Source: Dendrobates tinctorius | Taxonomy: Eukaryota | Direction: 5' to 3' | DNA: 64,000 nt | NCBI RefSeq assembly: GCF_039654945.1 | Contig: NW_027361723.1 | Location: 2,914,001-2,978,000, forward strand | Translations under genes and position numbers: made by a program | Notes under the pieces: generated by a model | Seen by the model: only the letters and a program-made list of their open reading frames with translations | What the model was told of the DNA's origin: nothing | The model's database searches: none | Shown: positions 11,741-23,474 of the stretch, piece after piece | Position numbering within the stretch: position 1 is the stretch's first letter | How the letters are laid out: every line of letters starts with the position of its first letter

Positions 11741-13055
11741 CGTGAGAACGGCTGGCGAGCTGTTAAGCAAGCTACAGCACCTGTCCAGACAAGTACAGGG
11801 ATTCCCTAGCGAGGAGACTTATTTGATTGTTTTCAATGTTGGGACAGCAATTTTTGGGGAGCACTATACTCTGGAGAATGATAGATGGGGCCCACCATAC
11901 ACTGGAACATTCCAAAGGTGGACATCAGACACTGGAGCAGCATTTACAGGGCCCATTATACACTAGAGCATTAGAAATGGGGCCCATTATGTTTGGAGCA
12001 TTATTTGGGCCGATAAGACAGTGGAGCTTCATCCATGGGGACCAACATATACTGTAGCATTATGTGGAGCTCATCATATACTGTTTCATACATTATATGG
12101 GACCAATGATTCTGTATGGAGAAATAGATGGGCCTCGTCATGAGATGTAAAAAGTGAGGTATTTTTCATTGTACTATACCGCTATTTATCTGCCGTATCG
12201 GAGCATGATGAGTTGTGGTATGTGTTAAAGGGGTGCTCTTTCGCCCAGGGCACATGAAAACCTGCAGCCAGCCCTCCCCCCCCCACAACTTTAGCCAAAT
12301 AACCCCCATTTTTCAGTGCGTAACTTGTATTATGAAGTTAATTAAGGTTGACAAGCTTAAGTAAGAAGAATTGATGCTTTTGGCATTCAAATGGGCACTG
12401 TAGGTGTGTTTCCTGTCCTCCTCTCACTGCCGACTTTTATTCCCCATTGACTTACATTGGGTTTCGTGTTTCGGGACGACCCCGACTTTTCCCTATAATC
12501 GGACGATCTTGCTCAACCCGACTTTTGGAAAAGTCGGGTTTCACGAAACGAAACGCGACCCTAAAAAACCAAAAGTCGCTCAACTCTAATTGCAGCTCAT
12601 TTTTTCTTCTCCTATTAGTGTGCATCCATCCCTATCCATCTACATTGGTTGGTTGAAAACACTATATAGGAGTAGATAGAGGAGCCTTTTTTCTGGCTTG
12701 TGCCCTTCAGCTGCAGCCAGATTAGTATTACCCAATTTTTTTGGAGCCTCATCTTTTGCATTGTAGGTTACCTGCCTGCATTGTAATAGCTCCAGAAAGT
12801 TGGTGATACTCTCACTTTCAAATCTTTGGTCACATCCTTTTAGTTCCCCCCCCCAAAAAAAAAAACAAAAAAACAACAAAGTTCACCAAACACTACATTT
12901 GAAAGTTGTGTAGGCCACATTAGCTCCCATTAAAGTGTAGTCGACACACGCACTGCATACAATTAGTGTTTCTTATACCTGTAACCAGCTGTTCAGGAAT
13001 AAGCACACTAAGGCCCCCTTTGTACTTTTCTGCCTATCTTTATCAATCTAGCAAG

Positions 13056-16000
13056 ATGAAGAAGGCAGGGAGTAAGGCACGTGGGCGTGGAGTTTCAACA
13101 GGGAGAGGACGTGGGGATTCTGCAGGGAGAGGACGTGGGGATTCTGCAGGGAGAGGACGTGGGGATTCTGTGCCTGCTGTTGGCACCAGTGACTCAGCAT
13201 CTCCCAGTTTTAGCAGGCAACAGTCCTTTATGTGCAGCTTTGTAGGACCTCACCGTACCCCACTGCTGCGGGAGGAACAAATTGAAGCCGTTTTCGGATG
13301 GATGGCAGCTAACGCATCGACTTCAATTACTTCCACATCCTCTCAGGGCCAGAGCACCGAAGAGCAACCATCTGTCTCTTCACCACCTGCCAAAGTGCCC
13401 AGGCAGTCACAGAGCCCTGGACAGGAGCCATCACGGTCTCTACTTCTGTTCTCGGAATCTGTTGGTTTGGAAAGAGGGGGCCCGCCAAGCAGCATTCCAG
13501 AATGTGAAGAAGAGGGAGTATGCAGTGATGCGCAACTTCTTTGTCCCTCTGAATCTGAAGAGGCGGGTGGGCCAGTGCCTATGGTCAGCACACCTCCGTA
13601 CGCATCAGATGATGACGAGACACAGGTGCCACTTTCTGTTGCGTACGGTGCTGGCGAGACAATCCAGGAGAAGCAGGTGTTTGAAGAGGGGAGTGTAGAT
13701 GATGAGGTCCTTGACCCATCATGGCGTGAGGAACAGGAAGGTGGTGGGAGCAGCTCTGAGGAAGAGATTCCCCTAACGGCCAAAACCGGAGGGAGAGGGA
13801 GGGGGCAGACTTGGTTGCCTGTAGCCTCCACTTCAACACCCGTTAGGAGCATTACACTTTCAAAAGGGAAAACGGGCGTGGTCCTTTTTTGACACAGTTG
13901 CAGATGACATTTGCTTTGTCAAATGCAAGCTGTGTCATCAGAGAGTCAAAAGAGGGAAAAATGTCAGCAACCTCAATACCACTAATATGTGGAAACATGT
14001 GCAGGCCAAGCACGAGGTGGAGTTACACAGACACACTGAAGACGTAGGCCAACGTACAGCAGCACCTACCACCTATTCAGCTCGTGTTGGGGCCTCTTCC
14101 TCCAGCTCACACACAGCTGGTTCGGCTTCCTCACAGGATCGCCAAGGAAGAACCTCTGGCACTGTTGTCCGGAGACCCTGTGACATTCCACCCACAGTAC
14201 CACGTTACAAGTCTTCCTCACACTCCCAGGCCACTCGACAGCCATCGGTAGCACAGGCATGGGAGAAAAGGCGGCCATACTCGGCTAACCATCCCCGAGC
14301 ACAGGCTCTGAATGCTGGCATTGTCAAACTACTGGCACTTGAAATGCTCTCATTCAGGCTGGTGGAGACTGACACCTTCTGGGACTTCATGGCATTGGCA
14401 ATCCCACAATACACCGTGCCCAGCTGCTTTTATTTCAGCAGGCGAGCTGTCCCTGCCCTGGAGAAACATGTGGAGGCAATCATAAAACATGCGCTACTAA
14501 ACGCCATCAGTAGCAAGGTCTACCTGACCACCGATGCGTGGACCAGTAACCATGGACAGGGATGATACCTTTCCCTCACTGCCATTGGGTCAATGTTGTG
14601 GAGCCGGGTACAGATCTGGAGAGTGGTGCTCTACGTGTTCTGCCAACTCCACGGATTGCAGGAATCCAGTCTGTACACATTGACTCCTCCTCCTTCTCAA
14701 GTTCCTCTGAAACAGCGCAGCAGGAGCCTGTTACGACCGATATGAGCTCAGCCGTGGCCAAACGTCAACAGGCCGTACTGAAATAATTTATTTGGGGAAT
14801 CGAAGCCACACAGCGCAGGAGCTCTGGAATGCCATCAAGCAGGAGAGCGACGTGTGGTTTCTGCCAGCGAATCTCCAGCCGGGCTTGGTAGTGTGTGACA
14901 ATGGACGAAATCTGGTGGCAGCTCTTGGCCTAGGCAACCTCACTCACATCCCATGTCTGGCACATGTGCTCAACTTGGTCGTGCAGAGCTTTCTGAGGGA
15001 CTATCCGGATCGTGATGCACTGCTGCACAAGGTCCGCATAGAGTGCGCTCACTTGCGGCGTTCCAGCACGGCAAGGTCGCGCCTTGCTGCTCTGCAGCGC
15101 CGATTACGCCTTCCGGAACATCGCATCATATGTGACCTACCCACCAGGTGGAATTCTACTTATCATATGTTGGAGCGGTTGTGTGAGCAGCAGGCAGCAG
15201 TCACGGAGTACCAGCTGCATCAGGCGCAAACAAGTCGCACTGTGCGCCGGTCACACTTCAGCACCACTGAGTGGGCCTCTATGAAGGACATCTGCCTCGT
15301 TTTGCGTGCCTTCGATGATTACACGAGGATGGCGAGTGGAGATGATGCACTAGTCAGCATGACTGTCCCCCTTATCTGCCTGCTTCAAAAAACACTGCAA
15401 GCACTAAGGGATGAGGTTTTGGAAGAGGTGGAGGATGAGGAGTCCCAAATGCCATCTGCTTCTGGACAGTCTGCGCTACGTGCTTCCTCACAAAGGCCTA
15501 GGCAGGGGACACTTTGTGAGGAGGATGAGGAGGAGTCGATGGAGGAGGAAGACATCTCTCCAGAGGAGGGAGGTACACAAAGCTCTAGTCAGTATGTACA
15601 GCGAGGGTGGGGTGATGCAGAGCAGGCAGAGATCACGCCTCAAGCAGGGGACAGCGGTTCTTTGGCAGTTGGGAGTCTGCAGCACATGGTTGACTTCATG
15701 CTGCAGTACCTGAGAAACGACCGCCGCATCGCCCACATTCTCTACTCGGCTAATTATTGGGTGTACACCCTCCTAGATCCTCGCTACCGGGACAACTTGC
15801 AAACCCTCATACCAACGTTGAACCGGGAGCGTAAACTGCGGGAGTACCAAGACACACTGGTGCAGTCCATCATGTTTTCCATTCCACCCGACAGCAGTGG
15901 TGCTAGTGCTTTACAAAGCACCTCTGTGCGTCGAGCCAGTGGAGGAAACTCTGCACAAAGAGGGAGCAGAGGCAGCGCCTCAGCACAAGGCAAGACCACT

Positions 16001-16384
16001 ATGGCCCAAATGTGGCAAAGTTTTGTGTGTCCGCCACAATTGTCTACACCATCACTGACGGCTCCAGTCAGCAGGAGGCAACGTTTCCGTCAGATGGTGA
16101 CAAACTACATGTCTTGCCCTGTGACTGTACTCCAAGATGGCTCTTCCCCCTTCAAGTTTTGGGTCTCTAAGCTGGATACATGGCCAGAGCTTAGCCAGTA
16201 TGCATTGGTGGTGCTGGCTTGCCCTGCTGCCAGTGTCTTATCGGAACGCGTCTTTAGTGCCGCAGGTGGTGTACTAACATACCGTCGCACGCAAATTTCT
16301 TCCGATAACGTTGACCGACTTACTTTTCTGAAAATGAACAAGGCCTGGATCTCCCCAGAATTTGCCAGTCCTCTTCCCGACTAA
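13056..16384 (+). pseudogene. hAT-B transposase pseudogene
   Basis: MKKAGSK start, BED finger, YLTTDAW, VCDNGRN, CLAH, TRWNS, CPAASVLSERVFS spread over 4 ORF pieces with frameshifts/stops near 13880, 14563, 14786. Confidence 0.92.
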
Positions 16385-16449
16385 ATAATTGGTTGGCAAC
16401 TGTATCCAGGTCTCCTGTTGTGTTCATGTTTCTACCACCTGAACTATAA

Positions 16450-18800
16450 TCCCTGGGCTTCAACACAGCCAGTTGTCGCTCAGATGTGTCGTCTGCACAG
16501 AGAAAAACACTAGCTCCTGTGTTATTGGGGTTCAGTAACGCCAGCTGCTCCCCTGCTGTGTGGACGGCAAAGTCTCCTGCTCCATCCACATTCAAACTAC
16601 TACTGATTTTTAACCCTGCTCCACTTAGGCCTCTGGCTCCACTGTCTCTAGTATTTCCCCTGGCCTCCAACCCCACCAGTGACAGCTCTTAAGTGGCGTC
16701 TGCACAATCCACACTTGTTCCAGTGTTACTTGGCCTCAGTCATGTCAGTTGATCCCCTGATGTGTGTCCAGCAAGGTCTCCTGGTCTGTCCACATTCCCA
16801 TTACTAGTAGTGTGAATGAGGACAGAGCAGGAGACCTTGCCGGACACACATCAGGCGATCAACTGACATGACTGAGCCCAAGTAACACAGGAACAAGTGT
16901 GGATTGTGCTGACGCCACTTCAGAGCTGTCTCTGGCGGGGTTGGAGGCCAGGGGAAATACTAGAGACAGTGGAGCCTGAGGCCTAAGTGGAACACGGTTA
17001 CAATCAGTAGTAGTCTACAACCTCTATAAAACGTGCTGCAAGTTGGCCTCAGCCTGCTCCATGCCTCATCCTGGGCTCCAACAACGCCAGTTGGTGTTCA
17101 GATGTGCCATCTTCGCAGAGAAAAACACACTCGCTACTGTGTCTGTGGGGTTCAGTAATGCCAGCTGTTCCCCTGCTGTGTAGACGACAAAGTCTAGTGC
17201 TGCCTCCACATGCCAACAACATCAGGCCTGAGCCTGCTCCATGCCTCATCCTGGGCTCCAACAACGCCAGTTGGTGCTCAGAAGTGTCGTCTTCGCAGAG
17301 AAACACACACTAGCTCATGTGTTAGTGGGGTTCAGTAATGCCAGCTGTTCCCCTGCTGTGTAGACGGCAAAGTCTCCTGCTCCATCCACATGCCAAGAAC
17401 ATCAGGCCTCAGCCTGCTCCATGCCTCAACCTGGGCTCCAACACCGCTAGTTGGTGTTCAGAAGTGCTGTCTTCACAGAGCAAAACACACACTAGCTCCT
17501 GTGTTAGTGGGGTTCAGTAACGTCAGCTGTTCCCCTGCTGTGTGGACGGCAATGTCTCCTGCTGCCTCCACATGCCAAAACAATCAGGCCTCAGCCTGCT
17601 CCATGCTTCATCCTGTGCTCCAACAACGCCAGTTGGTGTTCAGAAGTGCCGTCTTCGCAGAGAAAAACACACTCGCTACTGTGTCTGTGGGGTTCAGTAA
17701 TGCCAGCTGTTCCCCTGCTGTGTAGATGGCAAAGTCTCCTGCTCCATCCACATGCAAACTACTACAGATTTGTAACTGTGCTCCACTTAGGCCTCTGGCT
17801 CCACTGTGTCTAGTTTTTCCCCTGGCCAACAACCCCGCCAGTTCCTGCTCTGAAGTGGCGTCTGCACAATCCACACTTGTTCCTGAGACACGTCAGTTGA
17901 TTCCCTGTTGTGTGTCCGGCAAGTTCTCCTGCTCTGTCCACATTCCCATTACTAGTAGTGTGAATGAGGACTGAGCAGGAGACCTTGCCAGACACACATC
18001 AGGGGATCAACTGACGTGACTGAGCCACAGTTACACAGGAACAAGTGTGGATTGTGCAGACTCCACTTCAGAGCAGGAACTGGCGGGGTTGGAGGCCAGG
18101 GGAAATACTAGAGACAGTGGAGCCGGAGGCCATAGTGGAGCACGGTTACAATCAGTAGTAGTCTACAACCTGTATAAAACCAGCTGCAAGTTGGCCTCCG
18201 CCTGCTGCATGCTTCATCCTGGGCTACACAACAGCCAGTTGTAGCCTGGAAGTGCCGTCCACACAGATTGAAACACTCGCTCCTGTGTCTGTGGGGTTCT
18301 GTAACGCCAGCTGTTCCCCTGCTGTGTGGATGGCAAAGTCTCCTGCTGCCTCCAAACTCACACTACATCGTATTTTCTCCTCGCTCCAAGTAGGCCTCAG
18401 CCTGCTCGGAGCATTGATCCTGGGCTACAACACAGCCAGTTGTAGCCTGGAAGTGCCGTCCGCACAGATTGAAACACTCGCTCCGGTGTCTGTGGGGTTC
18501 AGTAACGCCAGCTGTCCCCTTGCTGTGTGGATGGCAAAGTCTCCTGCTGCCTCCAAACTCACACTTCTAGTGATTTTTAACCGTGCTCCACTTAGGCCTC
18601 TGGCTCTACTGTCTCTATTATTTCCCTTGGCCTCCAACCACACCAGACGCTGCTCTGAAGTGGCGTCTGCACAATCCACTCTTGTTCCTGTGTTACTGTG
18701 GCTCAGGCACATCAGTTGATCCACTGATGTGTGTCCGGCAATGTCTCCCGCTTTGTCCACATTCCCATTACTAGTAGTGGGAATGTGGACAGAGCAGGAG
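16450..18800. repeat. ~180-bp modules in direct and inverted orientation in the hAT-B 3' region, including two ~380-bp palindromes
   Basis: Repeated GGGGTTCAGTAA(C/T)GCCAGCTG..CCCTGCTGTGT modules; hairpins centred on TACTAGTA at 16802-16809 and 17950-17957. Confidence 0.85.
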
Positions 18801-18999
18801 ACCTTGCCTGTCGTGTTGCGGTCGGGTTAGCCGAGTCTATGGTGACTGCAGTTGTGGTGCTTCCTAGGTGGGCTGCTTGTTCTGGTAATAAAGGCTGGTT
18901 CCGTAGTGCCAATAGGACAAGCACCCCCTGTAGGACTGTGGGTTTTGGTAACTGCGGCCGGCTCACGGCCTTGCAACTTAGTTTTTTTCCTGGGTACCT

Positions 19000-19690
19000 T
19001 CTGCTACCCATCCAGGTTCCAGCACCGTCAGCTGGTTCTCGGCAGAGCCTTTGGCCTAGGTGCCTCCTTCTCGGTATCCGAGTTCCAGCAACGTCTGCTG
19101 TTCCTTGGTAGTGCTTTTTAGCACATGTACCTCCTGCTTAGAAACAGTGTTCCAGCACCGTCAGCTGGTCCACGGTTGTCCCATTGGCTCTTGTTCCTTC
19201 TGCTGCCCCTCCGGGTTCCAGCACCGTCAGCTGGTCCTCGCTAGTGTCATTTGCTCTTGCAGCTTCTGCTACCCATCCGGGTTCCAGCACCGTCAGCTTG
19301 TTCTCGGCAGAGCCTTTGGCCTAGGTGCCTCCTTCTCGGTATCTGAGTTCCAGCAACGTCAGCTGGTTCTCGGCAGTGCCTTTGGCCTAGGTGCCTCCTT
19401 ATCGGTATCCGAGTTCCAGCAACGTCTGCTGTTCCTTGGTAGTGCTTTTTAGCACAGGTACCTTCTGCTTAGAAACCGTGTTCCAGCACCATCAGCTGGT
19501 CCACGGTTGTGCCATTGGCTTTTGTTCCTTCTGCTGCCACTCTGGGTTCCAGCACCGTCAGCTGGTTCTCGGTAGTGCCATAGAGTATTGTAGCTTCTGC
19601 TACCCATTCAGGTTCCAGCACCATCAGCTGGTTCTCGACAGTGTCTTTGGCACGGGTACTCCTTCCTGCCCAGCCTGGTTCCAGCATGCC
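19000..19690 (+). repeat. Degenerate ~60-66-bp repeats (GTTCCAGCACCGTCAGCTGGT core) in the hAT-B 3' region
   Basis: Core recurs about 10 times; mirrored at 54060-54600 on the minus strand. Confidence 0.8.
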
Positions 19691-20009
19691 TGCTGTTTCC
19701 GGGTAGTGTCAACGTCACTTTGCCACCAACACGTTGTCCTGTCGTGTTGCGGTCGGGTTAGCCGAGTCTATGGTGCCTGCAGTTTTGGTGCTTCCTATGT
19801 GGGCTGCGGGTTCTGGTAATAAAGTTGGTTCCATAGTGACAATAGGACAAGCACCCCCTGTAGGACTGTGGGTTTCGGAAACTGCGTCCTGCTCGCGGCA
19901 TTGCAACTTTGTTGATCATGGGTACCTTCTGCTACCCATCCGGGTTCCAGCACCGTCAACTGGTTGTGCACCGCTGTAAGGTGTGAAAAAATGCACGCTC
20001 AGTACCTCA

Positions 20010-20602
20010 CCAGGACAAAAAAAAAAATTGGGATTGCTTTTAAAAAAGCAGTTTGCAGAGCAGTGGGTAAACAGCAATGCAGCCGTGAGGAAGCCTTAGA
20101 AGGCAGCCTAACAACCAACACCACTGATCCAGCAAAATATAGCCTCCACTTGCACTGCACACACAGTGACTGGTGTGTTGTACAGGCAAAATCGCTAGCA
20201 GCAGAAGCAGTTTTTTTTTCTTCTTCCCTGCCTAACGCTCTCCCTATAAAATCATCATCAGCAGCAGCTCTCCCTATTCTGAGATCAGCATGAGTAATAT
20301 GGCGGTTGGCGTGCACGCCCTTTTATACCCCCTGTGACGCCCCACAAAGCAAGCCAATCACTTGCATGCCCTTCTCAAAGATGGTGGTGACCCCTGCCTA
20401 TGTCATCATGTTGCCCACAGTGTCCGTGGATCCTGATTGGCTGAAAAAGAGAGCAAAACAAACTTTTGAAACGCGACTTTGGCGCTTAAGTCGCCGAGCT
20501 CGTTGCCGACCTCATCCTAGGGTCGGGTTTCGTTTCATGAAACCCGACTTTGCCAAAAGTCGGCGACTTTTGAAATTTTTTGACCCGTTTCGCTCAACTC
20601 TA
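20010..20602 (-). mobile_element. hAT-A left-end fragment
   Basis: Ends ...TTTCGCTCAACTCTA at 20602 followed by GTCAGGAG; near-identical to 46630-47203. Confidence 0.9.
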
Positions 20603-21384
20603 GTCAGGAGGGATCCCAGCGCCAGGATGGTGGCGGCAGAGCTGGCCTTGACGCTGGCGCCGCCGTTACACAGGTCGGTGGTGCAGCAGGAGGTGGAAGT
20701 AGAAGCCCCGGAAATACCGCTGCTGCTCGGTGTGCAAGACAATGCACACGACTTAGTGATGGAAGTAACCGAGATCGCACCTACAGCGGAGAAAAGCAAA
20801 TCTGATGAGCTGACCGGGATGGGAAGGGTTAAAAGCTGCTCGCAACAAGAATGTGGTTTATCCTCAGTACAAGTCACCGGCAGAAGGCTGCGTGCGGTAC
20901 CTGGCACCGGTGTACACAGAGGACTAGGGGGCAACCTCTACCTCTAGGAGAAAGAAGCTTTCATCTTCATCACAGATGAGATTCTTTATGGCACCAGCAA
21001 TGTGACTATGGATTCCTTACTGTACAAGCAAAGACACGATGGATTCTTCACTGTATGAACAGGAACTCTGCTGATTATTTACTGTACAAGCAGTGAGCCT
21101 CTGGATTCTTTACTGTAAGAGCAGGGTGACTGTAGACGTTTCTGCTGTAACATGTTATAACCAGGTGATATAAAATGGTTACACATGTACAGTCAGTGTA
21201 GACCGGTGCTGGCTGGAGCTGAATGTACGGGACTACGACCAGAAAACCAAAATGCTGAGCTCACCGACTCCGGCTGATGCCTCCACCGTCCGACAATATG
21301 TTTCTCCATTCGTGCAGTTTGCCGCAGTCTGACAATTGGAGCTGGAACTTGCTGCTGTGCAGACGTAGCATTTCAGAGAGTAAG
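20512..21384 (-). CDS. Ly6/uPAR (three-finger) gene, copy 1: exon 21384-21265 and exon 20780-20603 reading into the hAT end to stop at 20512; signal-peptide exon not found
   Basis: Spliced translation AYSLKCYVCTAASSSSNCQTAANCTNGETYCRTVEASAGVGAISVTSITKSCALSCTPSSSGISGASTSTSCCTTDLCNGG: 10-Cys LU pattern with CCxxDLCN; canonical AG/GT sites, phase-1 introns. Confidence 0.88.
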
Positions 21385-21644
21385 CTGCGGGCAGAAGGGG
21401 AAACATTACAGCGGACGTACATCACCTCCCAGTGTAGGCACAGAGGAGCGGCCTCCCTAGCAGCTGCTCCCGGCATCTACGTGGGCTCACCTATAGACAT
21501 CTATACCTCTGCAAATCTAGCATGGAGGGCAGAGACAGTAACAGTGATCCACAGGCTCCACGGAGCACAGGACAACTCTGCCTACAGCTCCAATGGGAGA
21601 GTGCAGGTTATACAAGGGGCTTATGATGTTCGCTCCCCTCTCTG

Positions 21645-22222
21645 GGTGTACCTAATCCTATCCTGTGTGATACTGACTGCTGAGCTGTGTATCTAATCCT
21701 CTCTTGTGTGATACTGTCTGCTGAGCTGTGTATCTAATCCTATCCTTTGTGATACTGACTGCTGAGCAGTGTATCTAATCCTATCCAGTGTGATACTGAC
21801 TGCTGAGCAGTGTATCTAATCCTCTCTTGTGTGATACTGTCTGCTGAGCTGTGTATCTAATCCTCTCCTGTGTGATACTGACTGCTGAGCAGTGTATCTA
21901 ATCCTCTCTTGTGTGATACTGTCTGCTGAGCTGTGTATCTAATCCTCTCCTGTGTGATACTGTCTGCTGAGCCGTGTATCTAATCCTATCCTGTGTGATA
22001 CTGATTGCTGAGCTGTGTATCTAATCCTACTGTGTGCTGAGCCGTGCATCTAATCCTATCCTGTGTGATACTGACTGCTGAGCTGTGTATCTAATCCTAC
22101 TGTGTGCTGAGCCGTGCATCTAATCCTATCCTGTGTGATACTGACTGCTGAGCAGTGTATCTAATCCTACTGTGTGCTGAGCCGTGCATCTAATCCTATC
22201 CTGTGTGATACTGACTGCTGAG
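21645..22222 (+). repeat. 39-bp minisatellite in the Ly6 upstream intron
   Basis: Unit CTAATCCTCTCCTGTGTGATACTGACTGCTGAGCCGTGTAT; also at 49770-50465 and 52592-52925. Confidence 0.95.
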
Positions 22223-23474
22223 TAGTGTTGAGTAGAGTTGAGCGACTTTTGCTTTTTTAGGGTCGAGTTTCTTTTCATGAAACCCGACTTTTCCAAAAGT
22301 CGGGTCGAGCAAAATCGGCTGACTATAGGGAAAAGTCAGTGTCCGACCGAAACACGAAACCCAATGTAAGTCAATGGGGAATTAAAGTCGGCAGTGAGAG
22401 GAGGACAGGAAACACACCTACAGTGCCCATTTGAATGCCAAATGCATCAATTCTTCTTACTTAAGCTTGTCAACCTTAATTTACTTCATAATACAAGTTA
22501 TGCACTGAAAAATGGGGGTTATTTGGCTAAAGTTGTGGGGGGGTAGGGCTGGCTCCAGGTTTTCATGTGCCCTGGGTGAAAGAGCCCCCCTTTAAAACAT
22601 ACCACAACTCATCATGCTCCGATACGGCAGAGAAATAGTATAGTACAATGAAAAATACTTCACTTTTTACATCTCATGACGAGGCCCATCTATTTCTCCA
22701 TACAGAATCATTGGTCCCATATAATGTTTGAAACAGTATATGATGAGCTCCACATAATGCTACAGTATATGTTGGTCCCCATGGATGAAGCTCCACTGTC
22801 TTATGGGCCCAAATAACGCTTCATATATAATGGGCCCCATTTCTAATGCTCTAGTGTATAATGGGCCCTGTAAATGCTGCTCCAGTGTCTGATGTCCACC
22901 TTTGGAATGTTCCAGTGTATGGTGGGCCCCATCTATCATTCTCCAGAGTATAGTGCTCCCCAAAAATTGCTGTCCCAACATAGAAAACAATCAAATAAGT
23001 CTCCTCGCTAGGGAATCCCTGTACTAGTCTGGACTCCTCGTCGTCCCCATCTTCCATCTCACTGCACAGTATTTCAACCTTGCAAGTGCTGTGATCCTGG
23101 GCAAGCAGGGGGGGCCCACTCATTGGCGACGGCACTGGCACAGGGCCCCTGATAGTACGGTGGTGTGTCTGACGGCGGGTGGGCCGAACCTGCACTTTCA
23201 TCTGCAGCTTCCTCTTTGTCACCGTGTAAGATGGAACTGTATATGGGAAGGGTAACCCGAGTTTCATCAGGGTCAGATTCAGGCCGTGTAGTGTGCGAGG
23301 GGAATGTAGTGGTCTGGGTCAATGTACCAGCAGATTCATCGAGCAGTGGCTGGGCATCAGTGCACTTGTGTCGCCCCCAGGAGTACGGTCGCCACAGTGG
23401 CATTACCTTCCTCCTAGGGAGTGTGATGTCATGCTTGGGAGCAACGAAGGATCTCTCTAGCAGGTTAACTGATT

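Larger units (their letters stand above)
3259..12588 (+). mobile_element. hAT-A DNA transposon, copy A (left end outside window, interrupted by CR1)
   Basis: 130-bp array, decayed transposase, 124-bp array, terminus ...AGTCGCTCAACTCTA at 12588; colinear with the reverse complement of 38524-46305 apart from two internal deletions. Confidence 0.92.
12589..19965 (+). mobile_element. hAT-B transposon, copy 1 (internal part, no termini seen)
   Basis: Transposase remnant plus repetitive 3' region homologous to the reverse complement of ~54030-61480; boundaries approximate. Confidence 0.8.

Noticed and set aside
20781-20934. N-terminal part of the 140-aa ORF (MPPSPLCT...) as Ly6 coding sequence
   Set aside because: Lies upstream of a clear acceptor at 20781; intronic read-through. 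Same applies to 47382-47535.
21385-21650. Ly6 signal-peptide exon near the GTGAG donor at ~21490
   Set aside because: The phase-1 frame contains a stop and no hydrophobic leader is encoded.
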